Assembly: GCA_001004105.1 (NCBI GenBank)
Contig: LCQK01000003.1
Span: 46,805 to 110,804, forward strand
DNA length: 64,000 nucleotides
Origin: Candidatus Jorgensenbacteria bacterium GW2011_GWB1_50_10
GTDB lineage: Bacteria; Patescibacteriota; Minisyncoccia; UBA6257; GWB1-50-10
Direction of reading: 5' to 3'
In this document: positions 27,846 to 37,772 of the stretch, one piece after another
How positions within the stretch are numbered: position 1 is the first letter of the stretch
How the letters are laid out: every line of letters begins with the position of its first letter
Program-made: the position numbers and the translations under genes
Notes under the pieces: model-generated
Database searches by the model: none
The model's input: the letters and a program-made list of their open reading frames with translations, nothing else
What the model was told of the DNA's origin: nothing

Positions 27846-29288
27846 CTACAATGTAACTACAAAACTCCCACTCGGGATATTGGTGATTTCCTGCGGTAAG
27901 ATAAAGCGCAGGTTTTTCTCCTTTTGTTTTTCAGGGAGGTAGGTGTCGGTCAAGAACATTACGGTTTGGGCCGGCGAGCCGATTTTGCGGATGTCGTGGC
28001 CACCGGTGTCTACGACCAGATATTTTGCCGTTGCCGGGGGCAAAGCATTTATCTCTTCGGCAATTTGAACATATTTCGCGTTGAATGCTTCCGCCACGTC
28101 CGCCCGTTTCGCCCAATCAAGGAAGTAAGTTTGGTAGGCGTTTAGAATAAGTAAAATAAGAAAGAGAAAACTGATTGCTTTAAGTAAACGGCTGTTAGTT
28201 TCCGTTTTCAAAAATTCGTAGAGCGAGGCGCCGCCCAAAGCCGCAATTATGAAAACCGGGGGAGCCATAAGAAACGAGCGGAGCGCGTGCGGCAGGCCTT
28301 CGTTTGAAACAACAACGGGAAGAGTGGCAACGATGAGCCAACTGAACAAAATCCAAAAAGCGAAGCGGCCCGGCATTTTTTTGTTGAGGAGACCATAAAG
28401 CAATCCCAGAGCGAAAAGAATTCCAACTGGCCAATAAAGAAGCGGCTCACCCGGAAGGTTGTGCCGCGGGTTCCAGTCGCCCGCAAAATTGAACATGCCG
28501 GCGGTCTTTAGGATATTCAACCCCAAATCTTTTAGCGGAGTAAGGGAATTAAAAATTGAGATTTCACTCGTGCGGCCGAAGAAGTCCTGTGGATGGCTCC
28601 AAAAATAAATTCCGAGCGGCAGAGAAATAAGAACGGCCGCAACAACAAAGATTGAACCGATGCGCAAACTTTTCCGCCAGCCGAATATTTTTCCGCAGAA
28701 AACAAGAATCAAGATGACGAGAAGCGGGGTAGCCCGGTAAGCGATGTAGGAATACATTCCCAAGCTGTAAATAATTCCGGCCAAGGCCGGCAGCCACTTT
28801 GTTTGCCGCCTGAACGACAAGAGGAGAAAATACAATCCCCATGTCAGGAAAAATGGCGCCATGATTGCCCGAAAGCCAACGCGAGAGAAATTTATATGCC
28901 AGAAACTCGTAGCGATTAGAAAAGTAGCGAGTAGCGCGATTCGTTTATCCTCAAATAGCTCTCTCGTTAAAAAATAGATTCCCAAGACGGTTAAGATGCC
29001 GAAAATCGCGCTCGGCAACCTTAATACCCACGGTTCATTCGCACCAAAAATTTTTAAGAACAGCGCTTGAATATTGATGAAAAGCCCTTCCCGGCCGTTG
29101 TTTTCTTCATAGAAAACCTTGAATCCGCCGGCTGGCGGAGCCGCTTGCAGCGCTTGTACCGCGTTATTGCCGTTCATTGCTTCATCGGAGTAAAGGCCAG
29201 GCGGAAGGTTTTTAAAGTCATAAAACCTAAAGAAAGAAGCAATAAGGACAATCAAAAGAATCAGGAAAATTTTTGAACGAGAGTGCAT
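27846..29288 (-). CDS. GT-C fold glycosyltransferase, PMT_2/ArnT-like (family 39/83) membrane protein
   Basis: N-terminal FRFYDFKNLPPGLYSDEAMNG motif typical of ArnT/PMT family, more than 10 TM helices. Confidence 0.8.
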   Translation of the reverse strand: MHSRSKIFLILLIVLIASFFRFYDFKNLPPGLYSDEAMNGNNAVQALQAAPPAGGFKVFYEENNGREGLFINIQALFLKIFGANEPWVLRLPSAIFGILTVLGIYFLTRELFEDKRIALLATFLIATSFWHINFSRVGFRAIMAPFFLTWGLYFLLLSFRRQTKWLPALAGIIYSLGMYSYIAYRATPLLVILILVFCGKIFGWRKSLRIGSIFVVAAVLISLPLGIYFWSHPQDFFGRTSEISIFNSLTPLKDLGLNILKTAGMFNFAGDWNPRHNLPGEPLLYWPVGILFALGLLYGLLNKKMPGRFAFWILFSWLIVATLPVVVSNEGLPHALRSFLMAPPVFIIAALGGASLYEFLKTETNSRLLKAISFLFLILLILNAYQTYFLDWAKRADVAEAFNAKYVQIAEEINALPPATAKYLVVDTGGHDIRKIGSPAQTVMFLTDTYLPEKQKEKNLRFILPQEITNIPSGSFVVTL

Positions 29289-29309
29289 TTGTTTTATAAT
29301 TATATCATT

Positions 29310-29726
29310 ATGGAAACAAAGAACTTTGACGAAAATCTCGAAAAGAGTTTATCACGGCTGGGGAAACAAATAGAGACCGAGAGCCGAGTGCCGGAGGCAA
29401 AAGAGCTCCACGAAAAAGAATTGGTTAAACTTTCCTTGAAATCCATTGCCGAAGAATCAAAAAGCGAACGGTCGACCGAAGAAGAATCCGCTCCGCCGGT
29501 CCGGGAACCCAAAGCCACTCTTCTTCCTTCTTATCTTCAAAATGACGGCGTTCCGGAGAACGTCAAAACCGAAATTGAGGGACTGATAAACCTTGTTTTT
29601 GCGGAAGGCCTGGAAAAAGCGCTCGTTGAGGCGGAGCGGCACGGCCCGTTTGTGGAAGACGCTTTTCACGACGCACTGGTGGACAAACTTCTGCCCGAAC
29701 TGAAAAAGAGGGGAATCTTAAGCTGA
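29310..29726 (+). CDS. hypothetical acidic protein (138 aa)
   Basis: ATG 9 nt after TATAAT; ORF table GTG start at 29283 overlaps divergent gene start. Confidence 0.45.
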   Translation: METKNFDENLEKSLSRLGKQIETESRVPEAKELHEKELVKLSLKSIAEESKSERSTEEESAPPVREPKATLLPSYLQNDGVPENVKTEIEGLINLVFAEGLEKALVEAERHGPFVEDAFHDALVDKLLPELKKRGILS

Positions 29727-29727
29727 A

Positions 29728-32076
29728 ATGTTTTATTTCATTTTAATAGCCGTTTGCGCCGCTCTTTTAATTTGGGGCGGCTGGTTTCTAAGAAAGCGTT
29801 TAAAATTACGCCATCACCTTGATGTTTTGGGGATGAAGCTGTATCTTGTGCGTCTCCCGAAGAGCGGAAAAGAAGGCAAGGACTTGAAACAGGAAATAAA
29901 TTTGTCCGAGCAGCTTTTTACGGCCCTCGCGAGTTTCGGTAAGCCATTTGTTTTTGAAATCGCCGTGCCGTACGTGGGCGAAGAGATTCATTTTTTTGTC
30001 GGCGTTCACCGCTCTTTCAGCGAGGCGTTAGTGCGCCAAATTCAAGCTATTTGGCCCGACGCCGATGTCCGCCCCACCGACGATTACAATATTTTCAATT
30101 ACTCGGGCCGGACCTTGGGCGCGAGCGTGGTTTTGAGCGAGAGATTTGTTTTGCCGGTCCGGACTTATGTCGAAGTCGGCGCTGACACGTTCCTGCCCTT
30201 TTTGGGCGCTTTCTCCAAAATCAGCGAGCTCGGCGAGGGCGGCGCCATTCAGTTCGTGATTCGGCGGGCCGAAAGAAGCCGTTATAAAAAAGAAATAAAT
30301 TCCGCTCTGAAGTTTTTGAAGAAAGGCGGCAGTTTGAGTGAAATTCTCAGTCACCCCCTTTCGCTTTCTTTGGAAGATGTTGGTAAAGTGCTCCACGGCG
30401 AAGAAAAATTAAAAAAAGGAAATTATATTCTCGATGAAGCGAGCATTAAAACGCTTGAAATCAAGCTCGCCAAACAGCTTTTTGAAGTGAATGTCAGGAT
30501 TTTTGCTTCGGGACCGAGCAATTTCAAGGCAGAGGAGATTTTCGGGGGACTCGCCGCCGGCTTTTCTCAATTTGGAGCGCTCCAACGTAATTCTTTTAAA
30601 GTCGTTCAGCCGAAAAACATCAAAGGTCTGGTTCACGAGTTTTCTTTCCGCGAATTTAATTCTAACGAAGCAATGGTTCTTACAAGCGAAGAATTGGCAA
30701 GTATTTTTCATTTCCCGACGGCTTTTACTGAAACGCCGAAAATCAAGGAATTGAAAGCTCGGGAGGCGACGCCGCCGGCGAACCTTCCCAAAAACGGCGT
30801 GATGTTGGGCCTTGCTTCTTTTCGGGGCGGGAGCGAGGAGGTAAAAATCACCGACGACGATCGGCGGCGCCATCTTTACCTTATCGGCCAGACCGGCACC
30901 GGCAAATCCAATTTGCTTCTTAATATGGTCTCCGACGACCTGCGGAACGGGAAGGGACTCGCTGTTTTGGACCCCCACGGCGATTTGGTGGAGGAAATTT
31001 TAGGGCTTATGCCGAGCGGAAGAATGAAGGATGTCGTCGTTTTTGACCCGGGCGACATTGAGCGGCCTCTGGGTTTAAACATGATTGAATACAATTTCAG
31101 CCGGCCGGAGGAGAAGACGTTTATCGTGAATGAAATGCAGAATATTTTCAACAAGCTTTTTACGGCTGAAACAATGGGACCGATGTTCGAGCAGTATATG
31201 CGCAACGCCCTGTTGCTTTTGATGGAGGATATGCAGAGCGACCCGGCGACCTTAATGGAAATTTCACGGGTTTTCACCGACTCCCTTTTTCGGAAAACAA
31301 AACTCACTCGGACCAAAAATCCGGCGGTCTATGATTTTTGGGAAAAGGAAGCAGTTAAAGCCGGCGGCGAGGCGGCACTCGCCAATATGACTCCCTACAT
31401 CACTTCCAAGTTCAATAATTTTACGGCGAACGATTTTATGCGCCCCATCATCGGCCAGGTTAAATCGGCTTTTAACTTCAGAGAATTGATGGACGACGGC
31501 AAGATCTTGCTCGTCAATTTGTCCAAAGGCAGAATCGGCGACATCAACGCCAATCTCTTGGGTATGATTATTACCGGCAAGATTTTGATGGCCGCGCTCT
31601 CAAGGGTGGACGTCCCCGAAGACAAAAGAAAAGATTTTTATCTCTACATCGACGAGTTCCAGAATTTCACGACCGATTCCATTGCCGTGATTTTGTCGGA
31701 AGCGCGGAAATACCGGCTGAACCTCGTGATTGCCCACCAGTTTATCGGCCAGCTTACCGAGAAAATAAGGGATGCGGTTTTTGGCAACGTCGGGTCGCTC
31801 GTTGCTTTCCGGGTCGGGGCGCAGGATGCCGAATTTCTAACGAAGCAGTTTGCGCCCGTCTTCAGCGAGCAGGACCTTTTGAACATTGATAATTTCAACG
31901 CCTACGTTAAACTTCTTATAAATGGGGAGACCTCAAAACCCTTTAATATCAAAACCGTGCCGGCGCCGAAGGGGGAAAGAAACCTAGCAGAGCGCATTAA
32001 AGAAAATTCCAGAAATTTTTACGGTCGGGGGCGCGCCGAGGTGGAAGAAGAAATATACAAGCGATTGAGAACTTAA
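29728..32076 (+). CDS. VirD4/TraG/TraD-like coupling-protein ATPase (fused form: N-terminal membrane/DUF region plus C-terminal TraG-D_C-like ATPase)
   Basis: Walker A GQTGTGKSN, Walker B FYLYIDEFQNF, IAHQFIGQL / VGSLVAFRVG motifs; N-region homologous to 60165-61556 and C-region to 62106-63587. Confidence 0.8.
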   Translation: MFYFILIAVCAALLIWGGWFLRKRLKLRHHLDVLGMKLYLVRLPKSGKEGKDLKQEINLSEQLFTALASFGKPFVFEIAVPYVGEEIHFFVGVHRSFSEALVRQIQAIWPDADVRPTDDYNIFNYSGRTLGASVVLSERFVLPVRTYVEVGADTFLPFLGAFSKISELGEGGAIQFVIRRAERSRYKKEINSALKFLKKGGSLSEILSHPLSLSLEDVGKVLHGEEKLKKGNYILDEASIKTLEIKLAKQLFEVNVRIFASGPSNFKAEEIFGGLAAGFSQFGALQRNSFKVVQPKNIKGLVHEFSFREFNSNEAMVLTSEELASIFHFPTAFTETPKIKELKAREATPPANLPKNGVMLGLASFRGGSEEVKITDDDRRRHLYLIGQTGTGKSNLLLNMVSDDLRNGKGLAVLDPHGDLVEEILGLMPSGRMKDVVVFDPGDIERPLGLNMIEYNFSRPEEKTFIVNEMQNIFNKLFTAETMGPMFEQYMRNALLLLMEDMQSDPATLMEISRVFTDSLFRKTKLTRTKNPAVYDFWEKEAVKAGGEAALANMTPYITSKFNNFTANDFMRPIIGQVKSAFNFRELMDDGKILLVNLSKGRIGDINANLLGMIITGKILMAALSRVDVPEDKRKDFYLYIDEFQNFTTDSIAVILSEARKYRLNLVIAHQFIGQLTEKIRDAVFGNVGSLVAFRVGAQDAEFLTKQFAPVFSEQDLLNIDNFNAYVKLLINGETSKPFNIKTVPAPKGERNLAERIKENSRNFYGRGRAEVEEEIYKRLRT

Positions 32077-32078
32077 AA

Positions 32079-32681
32079 ATGAAGAGAAAGGACCTATATT
32101 TAGCGGCTGGCATCGGTTTTATCTTCGGTGTTTTGCTGCTTTTGCCCCTGAAAAACATCGGGTTTGCCGTCACGCCGAAGCTGATTTTTCTTTCGGTTTT
32201 CGGATTTGCGGTTTTTGCTCCCTTCGCACTCTTCGTTCTTTACGTTGCAAGCCGTTTTATTCCGGCTCTTTACCAATTCGGCAAATTTGCGGCCGTAGGC
32301 GCCTTAAACACCGTGATTGATTTGGGGGCTCTGAATTTTTTGATAATCTTGACCGGCATTTCAACGGGCATTTATTATAGTTCTTTCAAGGCCATCTCGT
32401 TTCTTGCGGCAGTCGGAAACAGTTATTTCTGGAACAAGTTCTGGACTTTTGGAAGCGCGAGACCAGCTTCGGCCAAGGAATTCAGCCGCTTTATTTTTTT
32501 CACCTTCATTGGGCTGATCATCAACGTCGGAGTAGCAACCCTTATTGTTGACATTGCCAGTCCGGTTTTCGGCGCACCCGCCAAACTAATGGCCAATGTC
32601 GGCGCAGTGGTCGCGACCGTTGTTTCGCTTCTCTGGAATTACTTCGCCTATAAGAGGTTTGTTTTTAAATCAACGCCATGA
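32079..32681 (+). CDS. GtrA-family membrane protein
   Basis: FAAVGALNTVIDLGALNFLI signature, 4 TM. Confidence 0.8.
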   Translation: MKRKDLYLAAGIGFIFGVLLLLPLKNIGFAVTPKLIFLSVFGFAVFAPFALFVLYVASRFIPALYQFGKFAAVGALNTVIDLGALNFLIILTGISTGIYYSSFKAISFLAAVGNSYFWNKFWTFGSARPASAKEFSRFIFFTFIGLIINVGVATLIVDIASPVFGAPAKLMANVGAVVATVVSLLWNYFAYKRFVFKSTP

Positions 32682-33406
32682 AGCCATTTCTTTCGGTTAT
32701 AATTCCGGCTTACAATGAGGAAAAAAGGCTTCCCGCCACGTTGATTGACGTTGATAGATATTTAAGAAGCGCAGACTTCTCCTGCGAAATTATTGTGGTT
32801 GACGACGGTTCTAAAGACGGCACAGCGGAAATTGTTAAAAAATTTGAAGATTCTATTGGAAACCTGCGCCTGATTAAAAACGAAGAAAATCACGGCAAGG
32901 GACACGCGGTGAAACAGGGAATGCTCGCGGCCGAAGGCGAATATCGGCTTTTTATGGATGCCGATAATTCCACTTCGGTAGACCAATTCCAAAAAATTCT
33001 ACCTTTCCTAAAAGAAGGGTACGAGGTTATTATCGGTTCCCGTGATATTAAAGGAGCAGAGCTTGTGCCGCCGCAGCCTCTTTACAAAAGAGCATTGGGT
33101 AATATCGGTAATTTAGTTATTCAAATTCTTCTTCTTTGGGGGATTTGGGATACGCAGTGCGGTTTTAAATGTTTTAGCGGTAAAGCCACCCAAAGGATTT
33201 TTAGTTTAGTCACGATTGAGCGGTGGGGGTTTGACGTTGAGGCTTTGGCGCTGGGGAAGAAAATGGGTTATAAAATAAAAGAAGTGCCAGTGAGGTGGGT
33301 TAACAATCCTTATTCACAAGTAAAATTAAGCGGATATCTCACGTCTCTTTGGGATGTTTTCAAAATAAGGTTTCGGCTTTGGAAAGGGGATTATAAATAT
33401 GAGTAA
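32678..33406 (+). CDS. family 2 glycosyltransferase (Dpm1/GtrB-like polyprenyl-phosphate sugar synthase)
   Basis: SVIIPAYNEE...VVDDGSKDGT...DAD motifs. Confidence 0.9.
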   Translation: MKPFLSVIIPAYNEEKRLPATLIDVDRYLRSADFSCEIIVVDDGSKDGTAEIVKKFEDSIGNLRLIKNEENHGKGHAVKQGMLAAEGEYRLFMDADNSTSVDQFQKILPFLKEGYEVIIGSRDIKGAELVPPQPLYKRALGNIGNLVIQILLLWGIWDTQCGFKCFSGKATQRIFSLVTIERWGFDVEALALGKKMGYKIKEVPVRWVNNPYSQVKLSGYLTSLWDVFKIRFRLWKGDYKYE

Positions 33407-34397
33407 TAACTATTCAGAACTTAGGCAAGATTTGGTCTCCGGCGACTGGATTTTGGTTGCGCCAAAGCGGGGCGCGAAACCCCACACTTTTTTAAGAAAG
33501 AAAGCGCGCTCGCCGGCCCCGCTCAAGAATTGCCCCTTCGAAAACATTCTAAAGACACACAAACCAATTTTTGTTTATAACGGCGGCGGGAAAAATGATA
33601 GTTGGGAAGTTGTGATCGTTGAAAATAAATATCCGGCGGTGGTTCATAAGAACGTTTGCGCCAAAAGTTTTCGTCACGGCATTTATTCCCTGGTCGGCGG
33701 CGTTGGCCACCATAACCTTATTGTTACGCGGGACCATAACCGTAACTTTGCGGCCCTAACGTCTTTGGAAGCCAATCAAGTGTTCCAAGTTTTCCGCGAC
33801 CGCTATTTAATGCTTCTTAACGATTCTTGTCTTGCTTATATCTTAATTTTTCATAATTGGGGGCCGGATGCCGGCGCCACCATTTATCATCCCCATTACC
33901 AGCTTATTGCCGTCCCTGTAGTGCCGCCCGACGTTCGGCATTCTCTTACCGGTTCTTCAAATTACTTTAAAAAATACAAGCACTGCGTTCATTGCGATAT
34001 GATTAAAGCCGAAAAAAAAGAAGGGAAGAGGATTGTTTATGAAAACCGAGGAGCCGTTATTATTGCTCCTTTTGTTTCTCGCGAGCCTTTTGAGCTCCGG
34101 ATTTTCCCCAAAAAACATTCACCCTATTTCGAAAATATTCTTGATACCGAATTGGAAGACGTTGTCTCCGCTCTTCAGCTCGCTTTGAAAAGAATTGAGA
34201 AAAAATTAGGCAATTCCGATTACAACTTTTTCATCCATACGGCGCCCGTCAAGGAAAAGGAGAAATACCGCCATTACCATTGGCATATCGAAGTTATCCC
34301 CAAAACGAACATTTCCGCAGGTTTCGAGCTCGGCACCGGCATCGAGATAAACGTCGTTGATCCGGACGCGGCCGCAAGAATCTTGAGGACAAGATAA
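33399..34397 (+). CDS. galT: galactose-1-phosphate uridylyltransferase family (HIT-like) protein
   Basis: N-terminal Cys motif, HPHYQ histidine triad-like active site; 332 aa. Confidence 0.7.
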   Translation: MSNNYSELRQDLVSGDWILVAPKRGAKPHTFLRKKARSPAPLKNCPFENILKTHKPIFVYNGGGKNDSWEVVIVENKYPAVVHKNVCAKSFRHGIYSLVGGVGHHNLIVTRDHNRNFAALTSLEANQVFQVFRDRYLMLLNDSCLAYILIFHNWGPDAGATIYHPHYQLIAVPVVPPDVRHSLTGSSNYFKKYKHCVHCDMIKAEKKEGKRIVYENRGAVIIAPFVSREPFELRIFPKKHSPYFENILDTELEDVVSALQLALKRIEKKLGNSDYNFFIHTAPVKEKEKYRHYHWHIEVIPKTNISAGFELGTGIEINVVDPDAAARILRTR

Positions 34398-34404
34398 ATC
34401 CAGA

Positions 34405-34860
34405 ATGAACGAGATTCTTACCACGATTCTTGTCGCCGCCTCGCCTATTTTTGAAATCCGGGGAGCAATACCTCTTGCGATTTTTGGGTTTAATATGCCG
34501 CCGTTTGAGGCCTACGTCTTGGGAATAATAGGGAATTTTTTGCCGGTTTTGCCGCTCCTTTTCTTTTGGAATTTCCTTTACGAAAAACTTGTGCACCGGC
34601 TCTACCAGCTTAACCGTTTTTTCAACTGGCTTTTTGAGAGAACGAGAGCCAAGCACGCCGACCATTTTGCCCTTTGGCAGGACGTCGCTCTTTTGGTTTT
34701 TGTGGCCATTCCTCTGCCCATGACCGGGGCCTGGAGCGGGACGGTTGCGGCTTTTGTTTTCGGGGTGCCGATAAAGCAGGCGGCGCTCATGATTTGCCTT
34801 GGCAATATGATATCGGGCTTGATTGTTTTATTATTATCCAAGGGCGTTTCGCTCATATGA
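34405..34860 (+). CDS. small membrane protein, Sm_multidrug_ex (COG2426)-like
   Basis: ASPIFEIRGAIPLAIFGFNMPPFEAYVLGIIGNFLPV pattern. Confidence 0.55.
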   Translation: MNEILTTILVAASPIFEIRGAIPLAIFGFNMPPFEAYVLGIIGNFLPVLPLLFFWNFLYEKLVHRLYQLNRFFNWLFERTRAKHADHFALWQDVALLVFVAIPLPMTGAWSGTVAAFVFGVPIKQAALMICLGNMISGLIVLLLSKGVSLI

Positions 34861-35585
34861 GTAAACTCATCATTGCCAACTGGAAAATGAATCCGTCCAC
34901 TGTGTCGCAAGCAGTGAAGCTCGCACGCGCGGAGGATAAGAAAGGCGTGGTTATCGCGCCGCCGTTTCCTTTCCTTCCGTTGGTTTCAAAAGTTTTAAGG
35001 AAAGCAAAATTGGGGGCACAGGACGCTTTTTGGGTGCCGAAAGGCGCCTATACCGGCGAGGTTTCCATCCATCAACTTAAAACTTTGCGCGTTAAATACG
35101 TGATAATCGGCCACTCCGAGCGCAGGGGGCTTGGCGAAACGGATTGGTTGATCAATAAGAAAATCAGAGCCGCTCTTGCCGAAGACCTCACGGTTATTTT
35201 GTGCGTCGGCGAACCGTGGAGGGTTCGACGCAAAGGACTTGCCGCCGCAAAAAGATTTGTAAAACAGCAACTTCAAAAAGATTTAAAGGGAACTGATAAG
35301 CTAACGAAGTTGAAAGCTGAAAGCTTAATTACTGCTTACGAGCCCGTCTGGGCCATCGGCACCGGCCATGCCGACAGGCCCGAAGGTGCAGTTGAAATGA
35401 TTAAATTCATTAAAAAAAATCTACAATCTAAAACCTATAACCTAAAATCTAGAGTACTGTACGGCGGGTCGGTTACCGGGAGGAACGCAGCCGGGTTTTT
35501 GAAACAAAAAGAAATTGGTGGCGCTCTGGTCGGCGGGGCGAGTTTGAAACCATCCGAATTTAAGAGAATCATCCGGAGTTTATAG
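34857..35585 (+). CDS. tpiA: triosephosphate isomerase
   Basis: MSKLIIANWKMN..., IIGHSERR, AYEPVWAIGTG motifs; start at internal ATG overlapping upstream stop. Confidence 0.9.
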   Translation: MSKLIIANWKMNPSTVSQAVKLARAEDKKGVVIAPPFPFLPLVSKVLRKAKLGAQDAFWVPKGAYTGEVSIHQLKTLRVKYVIIGHSERRGLGETDWLINKKIRAALAEDLTVILCVGEPWRVRRKGLAAAKRFVKQQLQKDLKGTDKLTKLKAESLITAYEPVWAIGTGHADRPEGAVEMIKFIKKNLQSKTYNLKSRVLYGGSVTGRNAAGFLKQKEIGGALVGGASLKPSEFKRIIRSL

Positions 35586-35590
35586 TTTTT

Positions 35591-36664
35591 ATGGTTAGTT
35601 CCTGGCGAAAATTTGACTGGCTTCTTTTTTCCGCGCTTCTTGCGATTGCTCTTGCGAGCTTGGTTTCGCTTTTGAGTTCCAATGCAATCCTTTTTTACAA
35701 ACAGCTTGTTTGGTACATAATCGCGTTCTGTCTCATTCTTTTCTCCATCCGTATCGACTGGCGCGGCCTTATCAAAGAGTCTTATTTCCGCTACGGGATT
35801 TACTGGTTCGCCGTCGCTCTTCTTCTTATAGTTGACTTATCGGGGAAAACCATAAGAGGCGTAACAAGCTGGCTCCAATTCGGTGATTTTCAATTTGAAC
35901 CGGCCGAACTCGCCAAACTTGGGCTGATTCTGCTCCTTGCCGGATTTTTTTCCAGGCGCCACATCGCCGCTTGGGTCGGCAAAAACATCGCCCTCTCTTT
36001 TTTCTACGCCTTAATCCCGACGGTCCTCGTCGCCGTTCAACCCGACCTCGGTTCGGCGCTCGTCGTTTTCGGAATTTGGATCGGTTTTTTGCTTCTTTCC
36101 GGAATAAATAAAAAAAGATTAGCCGTGGGTTTCTTGGTAGCTATCCTCTTTGCCGGCCTGCTTTGGGGTTTCTTTCTTAAGCCCTATCAAAAAGACCGGC
36201 TTCTCGGGTTCGTCAATCCCGAACGCGACCCGCTGGGCGTAAACTACAACGTTATCCAGTCGAAAATCGCCATCGGTTCAGCAGGATTCTGGGGCAAAGG
36301 TTTTGGCGCGGGCACGCAAGTCCAGTTCGGTTTTCTTCCCGAGGCGGAGACCGATTTTATTTTCGCCGCCTTCGTTGAGGAATGGGGGATCGTGAGCGGG
36401 CTCATTATTATTCTCGCTTTTCTCCTCGTAGTTTCCCGGATTGTAAAAATCGGCATTGAGGCGAAGAACAACGACTACAAATTCATTACTTTGGGGACGG
36501 CGCTTGTTCTCGCTATTCATTTTCTCCTTAATATCGGCTCAAACTTGGGTTTTTTGCCCGTGACGGGCATTAATTTCCCGTTTTTAAGCTACGGCGGTTC
36601 CAATATCTTGACAGTCGCGATTCTCGTAAGTATAGTAGAAAGAATCAAGCTTGAATCCTCATGA
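35591..36664 (+). CDS. FtsW/RodA/SpoVE (SEDS) family peptidoglycan polymerase
   Basis: SEDS topology and conserved loops. Confidence 0.9.
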   Translation: MVSSWRKFDWLLFSALLAIALASLVSLLSSNAILFYKQLVWYIIAFCLILFSIRIDWRGLIKESYFRYGIYWFAVALLLIVDLSGKTIRGVTSWLQFGDFQFEPAELAKLGLILLLAGFFSRRHIAAWVGKNIALSFFYALIPTVLVAVQPDLGSALVVFGIWIGFLLLSGINKKRLAVGFLVAILFAGLLWGFFLKPYQKDRLLGFVNPERDPLGVNYNVIQSKIAIGSAGFWGKGFGAGTQVQFGFLPEAETDFIFAAFVEEWGIVSGLIIILAFLLVVSRIVKIGIEAKNNDYKFITLGTALVLAIHFLLNIGSNLGFLPVTGINFPFLSYGGSNILTVAILVSIVERIKLESS

Positions 36665-37698
36665 TTAACGAAAGAGGCCTTTTAAATTTGCGTTTCCTTA
36701 TTGCTTTAGGAGGCGTTTTATTTTTAATACTTGCGACCGCTTATTTTTTCTACGGTTTGGAACCGAATCTCGCCTCCGGCGAGTCGAGAAATGACAGTCC
36801 CTCCGCCGCCGCCTCGGTTTTCAAAATTTCCAAAGGCGAAGGTCTGAAAGAAATCGGCGCCCATCTCTCGCAAGGCGACTTCATTAAATCCATCACGATT
36901 TTCAAACTTTATTCGTTATTCTCCGGCAACGCCCAGAAATTTAAGCCGGGCATCTACGAAATAAATTCCGGGATGAGCGTTCCGGAAATAGTGAAGGTAT
37001 TGACCGCCGGCGGAGAGAATGAAGTGACAATTGTTATTCCCGAGGGCACCGCTTTGAAAGACATCGATTCCGTCCTCGCCGCCTCCGGCATCATAGAGAA
37101 AGGTTCTTTGGTGAAATATTCATTTGCCGCGCTCCGGCCGGATTATCCGTTCTTAAACGACGTGAGTTCGCTCGAGGGTTTTCTCTTTCCTGATACTTAT
37201 CGTTTTGAAGTCTCTTCGCAAACCGAAACGGTTGTGAAAACAATGCTTGATAATTTCAAAGTCAAAGTTTGGGAGGGCTTGAGTTCCAAAAACAATTGGT
37301 ATGATACGCTTATTCTCGCTTCCTTTCTGGAGCGGGAAGTGATTGATTTCGCTGACCGGCAGATTGTGGCCGGAATCCTATTGAAAAGACTCAAACTCGG
37401 CATGCCCTTGCAAGTTGATGCCACTATAAGCTATCTTAAATGTAATGGTGAACTCAAGGGGTGCCGAGGGGCCCTCATCACTAAAAAGGATCTGAGTTTG
37501 CCTTCGCCATACAACACTTATCAGAGGTTAGGTTGGACGCCAACCCCCATTTCTAATCCGGGGGAGGTCTCCATTTCTGCGGCTTTGAATCCCGTTTCCA
37601 GTTCTTATTTGTATTATCTTTCCGCCAAAGGAACTCAGGAAACGATTTTTGCGAAGACGCTCGAGGAACACAACCGCAACCGGGCTAAATATCTATAG
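36661..37698 (+). CDS. mltG: endolytic murein transglycosylase MltG (YceG family)
   Basis: N-terminal TM, YceG domain pattern ...VTIVIPEG...FLEREV... Confidence 0.85.
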   Translation: MINERGLLNLRFLIALGGVLFLILATAYFFYGLEPNLASGESRNDSPSAAASVFKISKGEGLKEIGAHLSQGDFIKSITIFKLYSLFSGNAQKFKPGIYEINSGMSVPEIVKVLTAGGENEVTIVIPEGTALKDIDSVLAASGIIEKGSLVKYSFAALRPDYPFLNDVSSLEGFLFPDTYRFEVSSQTETVVKTMLDNFKVKVWEGLSSKNNWYDTLILASFLEREVIDFADRQIVAGILLKRLKLGMPLQVDATISYLKCNGELKGCRGALITKKDLSLPSPYNTYQRLGWTPTPISNPGEVSISAALNPVSSSYLYYLSAKGTQETIFAKTLEEHNRNRAKYL

Positions 37699-37772
37699 AC
37701 CTCAAAGTGCTACATCCCGTTTAACCGAGAGAAGCCTTTCGCGTTTCAATCGTCTTAAAATAAAAGGGCATT

